A stretch of 50,313 bases of DNA from an uncultured Cocleimonas sp. (lineage in GTDB: Bacteria > Pseudomonadota > Gammaproteobacteria > Thiotrichales > Thiotrichaceae): positions 1-50,313 of the forward strand of contig CALFUP010000014.1 of assembly GCA_937929875.1 (NCBI GenBank), in the 5' to 3' direction. A program made the translations under genes and the position numbers. The notes beneath the pieces are model-generated. The model searched no databases, was not told the DNA's origin, and worked only from the letters and a program-made list of their open reading frames with translations. Below are positions 40,851 through 50,100 of the stretch, piece by piece. Numbering within the stretch: the stretch's first letter is position 1; each line of letters begins with the position of its first letter.

Positions 40851-41648
40851 TTAATTCAGTTTTAATGTGCCAGAGACACCTGGCAATATATTCAATTTCG
40901 AGTTATCAAATACAAGCTTTATCTTCTTTAATCCACTGGAAGCATCAAGAATTGGAGCAACATAAGTAACCGTTCCCCAGACATTAACTTTTTCTCCTTC
41001 CCCTAGACTGATTTTCATTTTCTGCCCTTTTTTGACATTCTCTCCCAAGAACCCTTCAACATTTATGATGAATAGCCCCTTCTTAGGATCAGATATTGTG
41101 GCTATCTTATTATTGTCACATAACTCGCCCACATGAAGATTTATGCTAGTTATAACGCCATCGATTGGCGATCTAACAACATGCTTTCTACGGCGCTCGA
41201 CAGCAGCCTCATACTCCATCTTTTCCCGTCTTTTTGATTCCTCTAAAATCCTTCGCTCGCCAGATGCTAACTCCTGCTCCAGCTTTTTTTGCTGATACTC
41301 TTGTCTACTGATAGATCCAGTAAGACTGAAAAGTCTATAAGCCGACTTAACTTGTTTCGCTAGTATTTTCTCTTTAGCTCTTGCCGCCCTCAAATTAGCA
41401 TACGACTTCCATATCAACTCTTTTCTTTGTGACTCCAGCCGTATTTCATTGTCATTTAGTTGAAAAATTATTTGATTCTTTTTTACAAAATCGCCCTCTT
41501 TATAGTTAACTTTACTAACATATTCAGACACTTGGCAAGATAAGTGAACCTCAGAGAATGACTTTGTAAAGCCTAAAAAATCACTTTCATTTGCATATGA
41601 AAGGCTGGGCAGCAACAAAAGTAAAAAATATAGTTTTAGGTGTTTCAT
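40851..41648 (-). CDS. RND/HlyD-family periplasmic adaptor (MFP), 265 aa
   Basis: Cleavable-type signal (..LPSLSYA|NE); 'VSKVNYKEGDFVKKNQ', coiled coil, 'VRSPIDGVI', 'YVAPILDASSG', 'ILPGVSG'. Confidence 0.88.
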   Translation of the reverse strand: MKHLKLYFLLLLLPSLSYANESDFLGFTKSFSEVHLSCQVSEYVSKVNYKEGDFVKKNQIIFQLNDNEIRLESQRKELIWKSYANLRAARAKEKILAKQVKSAYRLFSLTGSISRQEYQQKKLEQELASGERRILEESKRREKMEYEAAVERRRKHVVRSPIDGVITSINLHVGELCDNNKIATISDPKKGLFIINVEGFLGENVKKGQKMKISLGEGEKVNVWGTVTYVAPILDASSGLKKIKLVFDNSKLNILPGVSGTLKLN

Positions 41649-41713
41649 AGATATGTCTCTAAGCGGGTTGTTTAATAGTAAAAATTAATCTTCTATAGTT
41701 TTCTAAAAAATGG

Positions 41714-43192
41714 CTACTCTAAGTTAAATTTCGACAGTAACGTTCCTTCTTCAGCCCATAGCGATATCAATAAACGGTGGTACGAAACCTTAGCTGTCAC
41801 TAAATCTTCTTTGGCTCGATTGAGTTCAAGCTCTTGTCTGAGAAGACTATTTAACGCACGATCGCCTGATTTTTTTTCAATCAAAAACGCATTATGAATA
41901 TGCTTCTCTTGACGAAGAACCACTTGGTTCTTCCTTATATCTTTCCCAGCAATATCAAGTTGACGTACAACGGCTAGAATCCTATTTCTAATCTCGTTTT
42001 CCTTGCTTCTCAGTAAAGACCTAATGCGGCGCTCTCTAAGTTGAGCTGATCGTTGGTTGCCTTGTGCAGACCTCTTATCTAGTGTGGTGCTGAACTCTAA
42101 ACCAACATACCAAGAATCGTGCTTATTGCCGGTTAAGGAATAGGTATCGTTCCTTAAGGCATTCTTGCCGTATGATAAATTTAGATCCAGTTGTGGGAGG
42201 CGTTTGTTTCTTTCAAAGTTGATTCTTACTTTTTCTTGTTGTGATTTTAACTGTAAAGAAAGAATGCTAGGGCTTTTCATCAAAGCCCTCTGAATACTAT
42301 GTTCATGTGAGTAGTTAGATCGCTGAAAAACCAGTTTGTCCTGAGCTTTAACAACTGAGTTGAATGCACCACCAAGTAACAATTGACTTGCTATCGACGA
42401 CTGCTCCGATACAAACCGTTCAGCTTCTGAAACCTGAATCTTCCTTCGTGTAAGTGCTGCTGTAACACTATTATGCTCTAGGCGGGCCGAGTAGCCTTGC
42501 TCAATTCTAAATTGGGTATCTTTTAGGATTTTTTCTAGTAAAGAGGCTGATTTCTTACGGATGTTTAGCCTTTCCTGAGCAAGAAACAAGGACCAGTAGA
42601 CATCTGAAGAATTTCGAATGGTATCACTGAGGACTTTCCGGTAATTTTGATACGCGACATCTCTTTCAACATCTGCAATCGCTATCCTTACTTCCGTCTC
42701 GGAATATGAGCCTTTTCCTCTGAGAAGAGGCTGTGAAAAGGATACACCTATAAATCCTCTTCTTTCATTATCAGCTGCTGCTTCTGGTTGCTTGTTATTA
42801 TCTAAATTAACTATCGAAGCTGATAACTTAATAACACCTCCAGTTTTAATCTTCTTTTCAACTCCAACAGCAAAGTTCTCATTTCGCTCATCATAGAATG
42901 TGAGTCCAGCTTCAGTTGTCTGACCAAACAAAGCAGCAGATTGACTTTCGCTCGCAGTATTTGGTGTTTTATTCTTTTCTATCCCTATTTGAGACGTTAA
43001 CTTGGCTGAATAGTCGTGATGGACGTTTGAAGCATCTTGTTTTGCAATTTCCCATTCGAGGTTGGAATCGATAATGCTGCTGTTACTAACCAAGACAGTT
43101 TCAATGAAATCTCTGTAGCTAAAAGCTTTTACATTTGCGTGAGAAATGTTTGATGCAATGATTAATATGATTAAAATATTAAACTTAAACAT
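41714..43192 (-). CDS. TolC-family outer membrane efflux/secretion channel (492 aa)
   Basis: Signal peptide; two helical/beta halves with 'GVSFSQPLLRG', 'RLPQLDLNLSYG' and 'WYVGLEFS'; first gene of the operon. Confidence 0.85.
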   Translation of the reverse strand: MFKFNILIILIIASNISHANVKAFSYRDFIETVLVSNSSIIDSNLEWEIAKQDASNVHHDYSAKLTSQIGIEKNKTPNTASESQSAALFGQTTEAGLTFYDERNENFAVGVEKKIKTGGVIKLSASIVNLDNNKQPEAAADNERRGFIGVSFSQPLLRGKGSYSETEVRIAIADVERDVAYQNYRKVLSDTIRNSSDVYWSLFLAQERLNIRKKSASLLEKILKDTQFRIEQGYSARLEHNSVTAALTRRKIQVSEAERFVSEQSSIASQLLLGGAFNSVVKAQDKLVFQRSNYSHEHSIQRALMKSPSILSLQLKSQQEKVRINFERNKRLPQLDLNLSYGKNALRNDTYSLTGNKHDSWYVGLEFSTTLDKRSAQGNQRSAQLRERRIRSLLRSKENEIRNRILAVVRQLDIAGKDIRKNQVVLRQEKHIHNAFLIEKKSGDRALNSLLRQELELNRAKEDLVTAKVSYHRLLISLWAEEGTLLSKFNLE

Positions 43193-43456
43193 ATTTAGTC
43201 CATGAATTCATTTATTGGGGAGGAGATTGGCTTACCTTTTTCACTTCTGGCCGTTTGTAAAACCAAGAATAACAACACCATCAGTCACAAAATTAAGACC
43301 ATTTATCGGATGTCACAATAGCATAAAAATCACCCTACATTAAGAGAATAAATTGTTTATATAGCAATCATATAGACCTAATATAGACTAAAAATGACTT
43401 CCTGAATTTCTTTGATTATTAATTAAACACAATTTTTAGTCTATTTTTTATATTCG

Positions 43457-43496
43457 AATATAGCATATGATAAAGGACGTTATCATATGCTATATT
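43457..43496. promoter_or_regulatory. Probable tyrosine-recombinase crossover (multimer-resolution) site
   Basis: Perfect 17-bp inverted repeat AATATAGCATATGATAA / TTATCATATGCTATATT around an asymmetric 6-bp spacer AGGACG, 36 bp upstream of the recombinase. Confidence 0.78.
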
Positions 43497-43532
43497 TAGC
43501 TGAACAATATTGAGTGCATCACAAGTAATAAA

Positions 43533-44513
43533 ATGAAAATTGTAAATTTGACAGCAGGAAATTCTCTTACCGCCAACTTGGGAAATACTAATGTGCCAAT
43601 TACTATTTCCCAGGTTGGTGAACAAGCAACTTATCGTTATGTGGAGTTTTTCACAGCCCAGATTAGAAATAAAAATACGCGGCGATCATATTTAACAGCA
43701 ACCACGCAATTTTTCGATTGGTGCCAAATAAACAACTTATCACTAGAAGCTATCCATTCAATCCACATTGCTACTTATATTGAAGGACTCCAACAACACT
43801 TATCAGCTCCAACAGTAAAACAACATTTAGCTGCCATCCGTATGTTATTTGACTGGTTGGTTACTGGTCATATTGTCTATAACAACCCAGCAACATCTGT
43901 ACGCGGACCAAAGTATGTTGTTAATCAGGGTAAGACCCCTATTCTCACATCCGATGAAACCCGAGAGCTGTTTAATAGTATTCCAGCAAACTCAATAATC
44001 AACTTAAGAGACAGAGCCTTGATTGCTGTCATGGTGTTTACTTTTGCGAGAGTTACAGCTGCGGTATCAATGAAAGTTAAAGATTATTACCCTGAAGGAA
44101 AACGTTGGTGGGTACGTCTGCACGAAAAAGGTGGGAAAAGGCATGAAATGCCAGCACATCACACTTTAGAGCAGTATTTGGATGAATACTTAGATGCAGC
44201 AGAATTGCGTGGTAACCCTAACACTCCTCTATTCAGAACGTTTAAAGGTCGAACTGGAAAAATGACAGAAAACCAAATGATTCAAACTTATGCCTGGCAA
44301 ATGATTCAAAAAAGAGCATTACTTGCAGGTATTAGAACTAAAGTTTGCAATCACACATTCCGAGGTACTGGCATTACAACCTACTTAAGTAATAACGGCA
44401 CACTTGAAAAAGCACAGCAAATGGCAGCTCACGAATCCCCTCGTACAACTAAACTCTACGATCGTACCAACAATGCTTTATCGTTAGATGAAATCGAGAA
44501 AATCATCATATGA
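43533..44513 (+). CDS. Tyrosine recombinase (plasmid resolvase-type), 326 aa
   Basis: Catalytic set R (TFARV), K (HEKGGK), H-x-x-R (HTFR), H (AAHES), Y (KLYDR), plus an N-terminal core-binding domain. Confidence 0.92.
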   Translation: MKIVNLTAGNSLTANLGNTNVPITISQVGEQATYRYVEFFTAQIRNKNTRRSYLTATTQFFDWCQINNLSLEAIHSIHIATYIEGLQQHLSAPTVKQHLAAIRMLFDWLVTGHIVYNNPATSVRGPKYVVNQGKTPILTSDETRELFNSIPANSIINLRDRALIAVMVFTFARVTAAVSMKVKDYYPEGKRWWVRLHEKGGKRHEMPAHHTLEQYLDEYLDAAELRGNPNTPLFRTFKGRTGKMTENQMIQTYAWQMIQKRALLAGIRTKVCNHTFRGTGITTYLSNNGTLEKAQQMAAHESPRTTKLYDRTNNALSLDEIEKIII

Positions 44514-44533
44514 GTATATGAGTATATGAGTAT
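44508..44533 (+). repeat. Centromere-like 8-bp array 1 (TGAGTATA x3)
   Basis: atatgagt atatgagt atatgagt at, overlapping the recombinase stop codon. Confidence 0.75.
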
Positions 44534-44670
44534 TAACCTTAGCATAGGCTACCACTCTTTAACATACTGCTGAGTAACTGACTGCGAACAAGTCATTTCA
44601 AACACCTACTAACCGTTGCACTGTTGGTGCAGCATTAAGTCAGAGATCTGTTAAGTGGAGACACTTAACG

Positions 44671-44710
44671 TAAATGAGTATATACTCATTTACTCATTTA
44701 CTCATATGAG
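44671..44710. promoter_or_regulatory. par operator/centromere array 2 (inverted plus direct ACTC boxes)
   Basis: taaatgagta-ta-tactcatt tactcatt tactcata tgag, immediately before the parA start. Confidence 0.75.
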
Positions 44711-44716
44711 GATCTA

Positions 44717-45364
44717 ATGATGGATAAAACCAGTCCTACTATCATTGCCGTACTCAACCAGAAAGGCGGCTCCGGAAAAACCACTACCTCCACCAATCTA
44801 GCCTTTGCTCTTCAACAGGCTGGATCTAAAGTTTTACTCATAGATTCTGATCCACAAGGCAGCGCCCGGGATTGGAACGAAGCCAATGGTGGTGAATTAA
44901 TACCCGTTGTCGGAATGGATCGTGAAACTTTACCTGCTGACTTGAAAGCGATACAGAGTGGTTATGATTTTGTAGTTATTGACGGAGCACCTCAAATTGC
45001 AAAGCTTGCAGCCGCAGCAATAAAGGTTGCGGATATAGTTATTATTCCAGTACAGCCCAGTCCTTATGATATCTGGGCAGCCGCTGACTTAGTCGAGCTG
45101 GTAAAAGCACGCCAAGAGGTAACTGATGGCCAACCCTTAGCAGCGTTTCTAATTAGCCGAGCGATCACCAACTCAAAACTATCCGGAGAAGTTAAGGAAG
45201 CCTTACAAGAGTATGGTTTTCCAGTGCTAAAAAACGGCACAACCCAGCGAGTTGTATATCCAACCACCGCGAGTATTGGTGAAACAGTATTTTGCCAGCC
45301 TGCCAGCCCTGCGGTTAATGAAATAGAAGCTATTGCCGAGGAAATATTGGAGATGTTGCCATGA
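44717..45364 (+). CDS. parA: ParA/ParF-type (type Ib) partition ATPase, 215 aa
   Basis: Deviant Walker A KGGSGKTT, 'LIDSDPQGS', 'VVIDGAP', 'IPVQPSPYD'; no N-terminal HTH. Confidence 0.93.
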   Translation: MMDKTSPTIIAVLNQKGGSGKTTTSTNLAFALQQAGSKVLLIDSDPQGSARDWNEANGGELIPVVGMDRETLPADLKAIQSGYDFVVIDGAPQIAKLAAAAIKVADIVIIPVQPSPYDIWAAADLVELVKARQEVTDGQPLAAFLISRAITNSKLSGEVKEALQEYGFPVLKNGTTQRVVYPTTASIGETVFCQPASPAVNEIEAIAEEILEMLP

Positions 45365-45573
45365 GCCTAAAATCAGCGCTTGCCGCAAAGAAAAACCGTT
45401 CGACTAAACAAAAAGACGCAGCACTTCAAGAAATAATCAAAGAACCTATGAAACGCTTAAACGTCAATATCGCAGAATCAAAACTTATGCAGTTTAAAGC
45501 AAAGTCTGCAACAGAAGGGAAGGACATGTCGACACTAATCCATCAGTGGGTTAATCGATATCTTGAGGAATAA
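45361..45573 (+). CDS. ParG-like ribbon-helix-helix centromere-binding protein, 70 aa
   Basis: ATGA overlap with parA; flexible basic N-terminus followed by 'KRLNVNI...FKAK...GKDMSTLIHQWVNRYL'. Confidence 0.85.
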   Translation: MSLKSALAAKKNRSTKQKDAALQEIIKEPMKRLNVNIAESKLMQFKAKSATEGKDMSTLIHQWVNRYLEE

Positions 45574-45580
45574 TAAAATA

Positions 45581-45612
45581 TGAGTATATGAGTATATGAG
45601 TATATGAGTATA
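45581..45612 (+). repeat. Centromere-like 8-bp array 3 (TGAGTATA x4)
   Basis: Four perfect copies fill the gap between the convergent parG-like and rep genes. Confidence 0.8.
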
Positions 45613-45616
45613 TTAA

Positions 45617-46621
45617 TCAAACAAGTCTTTGTTTAATATACTTTTCTGAAAAGGCTAAGAACGCGGCATCAGGGTTTTTAGGTACTTTCTTACCTCTGGC
45701 CCAATCACGCCATATAGCTTCAATAGGGTAGGGGTCATGCCCATGATACCGCGCTTTAAAGTGCTCAAACGTTTCAGTTTTCAATGGAGGAACAGTATCT
45801 TCCTCTCGCACACTAATCCCATTAGCTGCAGCAATGAACACCACCATATTATCTTCAATATACACATCATAATCTGGTAAATGCTGGTGTTCACAGATTT
45901 TTTTCAGCATACCTTTAAAGTTTCGTTTAGGGCTATTTGAACCACATTTCTTTTGTAGCAAATCGATATTTATTCGCCATTCTTTCTGAGCACCACAATG
46001 CTTACGTGCAACTTCGTACAGGCGCCTCTCTAAGGGTTTCCTTAACCTAAAATACTGTGGGCTAAGTGTCAGCACTTCATTCGATTCAATCGCATTGAAT
46101 AACCAATCGGAGAGAGTGATCCCCCATTCTAAAATGCGCCCATCAAGCTTTGTTTTCCGGATAGTGAATGTCTCAATTAAACCAAAACCATGTGTGATTT
46201 CTTCGTTTCCTGTACGTATTCCCGTTGTAAGCGTAGTTCCCCTCAGGCGGGTAAGGGCATCTTTAAGACCTTTGTAAGCTTGACCATTAGTCATACGATT
46301 AGAGAAAACCAGAAAGTCATGTGCGGTGAACGAGACATGCTTGCTGTAAGGTTGATTAGTGTTTTTCGCTGCCATAATTTGGCTAACCGCAAAAATCAAA
46401 ATATCCTTATCACTGATTGTTGCTAGGCCTTTAGCGCTAGGTGTAATTTCAAACCAGTTATGACCATGCTCATAACGCCGTATTTTGGTATCTGGCTTGG
46501 TTGATAGTGAAAAAATGGGATGTTCCATTGACGCCATATCATCTTTTATATGGGCATCAGCCATGTCACAGATGAACAAATCTTTCTCAGGATGCCTCAT
46601 TGGCAACAGCATCTCATTCAT
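45617..46621 (-). CDS. repA: Plasmid replication initiator, RPA-type family (334 aa)
   Basis: 'KDDMASMEHPIFSLS.KPD', 'G.ATI.DKDILIF', 'L.DAL.RL.GT', 'VLTLSPQYFRLRKPLERRLYE.ARKHCG'; iterons directly upstream. Confidence 0.88.
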   Translation of the reverse strand: MNEMLLPMRHPEKDLFICDMADAHIKDDMASMEHPIFSLSTKPDTKIRRYEHGHNWFEITPSAKGLATISDKDILIFAVSQIMAAKNTNQPYSKHVSFTAHDFLVFSNRMTNGQAYKGLKDALTRLRGTTLTTGIRTGNEEITHGFGLIETFTIRKTKLDGRILEWGITLSDWLFNAIESNEVLTLSPQYFRLRKPLERRLYEVARKHCGAQKEWRINIDLLQKKCGSNSPKRNFKGMLKKICEHQHLPDYDVYIEDNMVVFIAAANGISVREEDTVPPLKTETFEHFKARYHGHDPYPIEAIWRDWARGKKVPKNPDAAFLAFSEKYIKQRLV

Positions 46622-46700
46622 TGGCTCAACATCCCTACCCTTGGCATAACATTAACGATATTTCAGGCGAAGTATACCGTTCCGGCACAAAACCACAAGG

Positions 46701-46786
46701 CTTTCGATATTTCAAGTGCAGACTTTCGATATTTCAAGTGCAGACTTTCGATATTTCAAGTGCAGACTTTCGATATTTCAAGTGCA
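46701..46786 (+). repeat. Replication iterons: four tandem 22-bp copies of CTTTCGATATTTCAAGTGCAGA (last copy 20 bp)
   Basis: Copies start at 46701, 46723, 46745 and 46767; a partial copy CGATATTTCA is at 46656-46665. Confidence 0.9.
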
Positions 46787-47000
46787 TGCGATTTTTTAAG
46801 TGTTTGATTTAAATAATAAAAAACAGCTTTTTTTTACCCTTAACACTGTTTTAACACGTTTTTAACTATATTTAACACAGAACTACCTGTGGATAACTTT
46901 GTAAGTCATTGATTCTTCGTAGATGAGAGTAAAAATTAACCTCCGCTATAAGCTTTAAACTGCACTTAGTTAATCAATTTTCTGCACTCGATTATTCACA
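46787..47000. promoter_or_regulatory. oriV accessory region: IHF sites, AT-rich unwinding repeats and DnaA boxes
   Basis: Minus-strand WATCAANNNNTTR matches at 46797-46809 and 46902-46914; TTAAC(AC) repeats at ~46840-46878; TGTGGATAA at 46888-46896; TTATTCACA at 46992-47000. Confidence 0.75.
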
Positions 47001-47073
47001 GAGTAAAGAAGATGATTCATCTCATAAGTAAACCTCATTGGCTGAAAAAGTACCCCTAATAATATTTTGTGTA

Positions 47074-47102
47074 TAGATAATCAGCTAATTTTAAAGTATA
47101 AT
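47074..47102 (+). promoter_or_regulatory. Putative sigma70 promoter for the giant-protein operon
   Basis: TAGATA-17 bp-TATAAT ending 52 nt before ATG 47155; the AT-rich context lowers specificity. Confidence 0.5.
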
Positions 47103-47154
47103 TTTCCACCATACGTATTTTTTGTGCGTTTTATATACAATTCAGTGGAATTAC

Positions 47155-50100
47155 ATGAGTCAATCAGATAACCAATTCAAGTTGGACCAGCTGGAGCAAA
47201 TTTTGCTCTTGTCAGCTGATCCCTTACTTGACCTTGGTAATAATCTGGACAAAAAAGACCATGAATTAAATATAACCAGTATTAATATACAGACCGAATC
47301 TGTATCAAATAATATTGATCTTATATCTGAAGATTTTAATGAAGACGATATATTTTCTGATTTATTAGACGAATCAGAGAATATTCATTTAACACCGGAT
47401 GAAGAACTAAATACCGATTTAATAATAATTGATGAGAACGATACTCTCTCAGGAACAGGTACTTCAAACGCAACAGTTATAAATGATGGTATTTTCTCAC
47501 CAGGTAATTCTCCTGGATACCAATCTCATGATAATTTCACACAAAGTTCCAGTGGAACATTAATTATTGACGTTGAAGGTAATACTCCTGCAACTCAAAC
47601 CGATACCAATAATAAATACGATCTAATTGAGGTATCAGGTTCCGTTAGTTTAAACGGAACTCTTGATATAGACACAAATAATATAAACTTCACACCTACG
47701 CTTGGTGAAAGTTATGAGTTTATTACAGCTAGCTCAATAACAGGTGATTTCCAAACCTTTAAAGATCTATATATTGGTGAAGGGCTTTATTTCAAACCTG
47801 TAAAAACAGATACCTCTTATAGTTTAGTCGTAACTGAGCTTCCTTATCTATCCGCTTGGGTAGATGTTCAAAACTCAATAGATAGTTTCAGTAACATCCA
47901 AAACATCGATGATGTTTTATCAGTATTCTCAAATAAAATAACAACAGTCACAGTAAATGGTGTTTCCCTTGATATAGAAGGGCAATCAATAAGCGGTGAC
48001 TTTACTATTTCATCGGTCGTTAGTAATAACGGAGTAGATGGATATCTCCTAACTACATCTAATTTAGAAACAACATTAGGCAGTAGTAGTACTGGTATAT
48101 CATTTGAAAATGGATCAGGTAGTTTATTCTTAACAAACGATGGTTTTGTTGGGAATATTTCCGGTGATATAACTTTAGGTTCAGGAGTTAATGATTTAAG
48201 TATTGTTTCAACTAATAACAATTTAATAATAAACAGCTTAAATTCAGACATTAATGATAACGTTGAAGTAAATGGTACAACCCATGATTTTAACGTTTCA
48301 AAGAATACATTCGAAATACAATCCACCGCGATTGTAACTGTTACTGATTTCGTAAAGGTGAGCGGAAGCTTTGTCTTTAAATCGGTGACGCAAGGTGTCT
48401 TTGCTACAGGCAACAATGTTGACGTAGTAATGGGCATAGACAGCGCAGCCCACGTGAAAATTCTAAACGCTGCGCTCTACTCCTTTGTAACTGCTGACGG
48501 GGACCTGGCAATCGATGCAAGTGGTGAAGCTTCTATTAGTTCTGGAAGCAACAACGACTTGTCTCTTTCTAGCAGCACTAGCAATGCCGCAGGAACACTA
48601 GCGTTACAGTACAATTCAACAGGATTAGCCCTCAACGAAAATGTGGGAGGTCATTTCTTTGTCCTTGCAAATAATGTTAAAAAAATCCAAGCAACGGACT
48701 TAAAACTAACTTTTTCTGAGTTCATCAGCGTCACAGGGTCATTCACCTTTGAATATGACAGTGTTGATAGTACTCACCAACAAATTCTGATCAGCGGATC
48801 ATCTGTAAGTATCCTACTGGAAGTTAATGGCATCGGTTTGCAGATCAGTAATGCAGACTTTGGACTTGCTCTCTTCAACACTAACGGATCAGATTCTGGA
48901 TACGTGTTCAAAACTGCGAACGGGTCAGTTGAGTTAGTTGGCTTAAATGACATCACAGTAAACTCTGGTACAGGTGTTGCAGAAATTAATAACACTGGGG
49001 CAGCTATAAGCAGTCTTATTGTTGGTGGTATTGATTTGAGTTTAGCGTCAGATGTAAAACATATATCACTAACATCCCTTATTTTTGTTGTTTCAGACTT
49101 TGTAACAATTAATGCGAATTTCTCAGTAACAAAAATTAACAATAAAATATTAGCAACGAGCTCTGGAAGTTCTGCATCCTTTAAAGTTGGAAACAATACA
49201 GCGACAATTAACAATGTTACTATTGGTTGGTTAATAAATAGTAACGGCTATGCAATTTATGCAAATGGTGATTTATCTTTATCAGGGACTTCTGTTTTAG
49301 ATTTTTCCATTGAAAATGCATTAATAAAAATAAATAAAACAAATTCAATTGTTAGCGAATCATTCAGTAATGGAATTAATTTATCTTTCATTGCAGGTCA
49401 AGAAAACTATTACTCAATATATTCAGAAAGCGTTTCTTTAAATGTTCTTAATATATTTACTCTAGAAGCAGAAGAAATTTACTTTGAAAAGAATAATGAT
49501 GGAACGAATTCAAAAACGCTAATCACAATTAGAGATGCAAACATATTCCTCGGCGTTACTACTAATGGTAATAAAATTGGTATCGGCGCTAGCATCGTTA
49601 ATCTAGGAATAGTTATATACGATAATAATACTGGATTAGCTATATCATCAGGGATGGGAAGCGTTCAGACATTTGGCTTATCAGGAAGTTTCTATTTTTA
49701 TGGTTCATTAGGGCTTAATATTAATACAACGGGTAAGGTTGTAGATGAGAGCTTTAATGATATTTCAATATCATACGGCGACACTTCAGATGTAATTATT
49801 ATACTAGGCCAGCTATCCATTAGAGTTTCTTCGTTTGTAACATTAAGTGGTTCGTTCTCATTTGATAAACAAGGATCACCAGGTAGTACTGTGATCATTA
49901 TCAATACCCTAAACGCAAACATTTTTATGGGTAACCCTGAGCTTAGTGTTCAAGCATTGAATATTAATCTCAGTGCGACTATTTACCTTAGCTCTGGAAA
50001 CTTCGCATTTGCAGCCACAGCAAGTGATTACTACATTAATGGGTTACCTTGGTTAACACTATCAGGTGGTAGTCTCGAGATTCAGTACAACAACACCAGC

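Larger units (their letters stand above)
43350..47000. mobile_element. Compact plasmid backbone (resolution, partition, replication)
   Basis: Recombinase with its site, parA/parG-like genes with centromere arrays, and rep with iterons and DnaA boxes lie contiguously. Confidence 0.88.

Noticed and set aside
43195-43281. 28-codon minus-strand ORF or riboswitch upstream of tolC
   Set aside because: Too short, with no recognisable motif; I could not match any riboswitch consensus.
43533-44513. Integron integrase or prophage integrase
   Set aside because: No IntI-specific insertion, attC cassettes or phage genes were seen; the context fits plasmid multimer resolution.
46701-46786. Possible CRISPR array
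   Set aside because: The repeats are contiguous with no spacers, no cas genes are present, and position next to rep indicates iterons.
46550-46812. 85-aa and 70-aa ORFs across the iterons
   Set aside because: Translations of the 22-bp repeats within the origin.
47000-47154. RfaH ops/JUMPstart element expected ahead of a very long operon
   Set aside because: No GGCGGTAG-type sequence in the leader.
47868-49922. Minus-strand ORFs of 189, 146 and 74 aa
   Set aside because: Antisense to the uninterrupted 1,053-codon plus-strand ORF.
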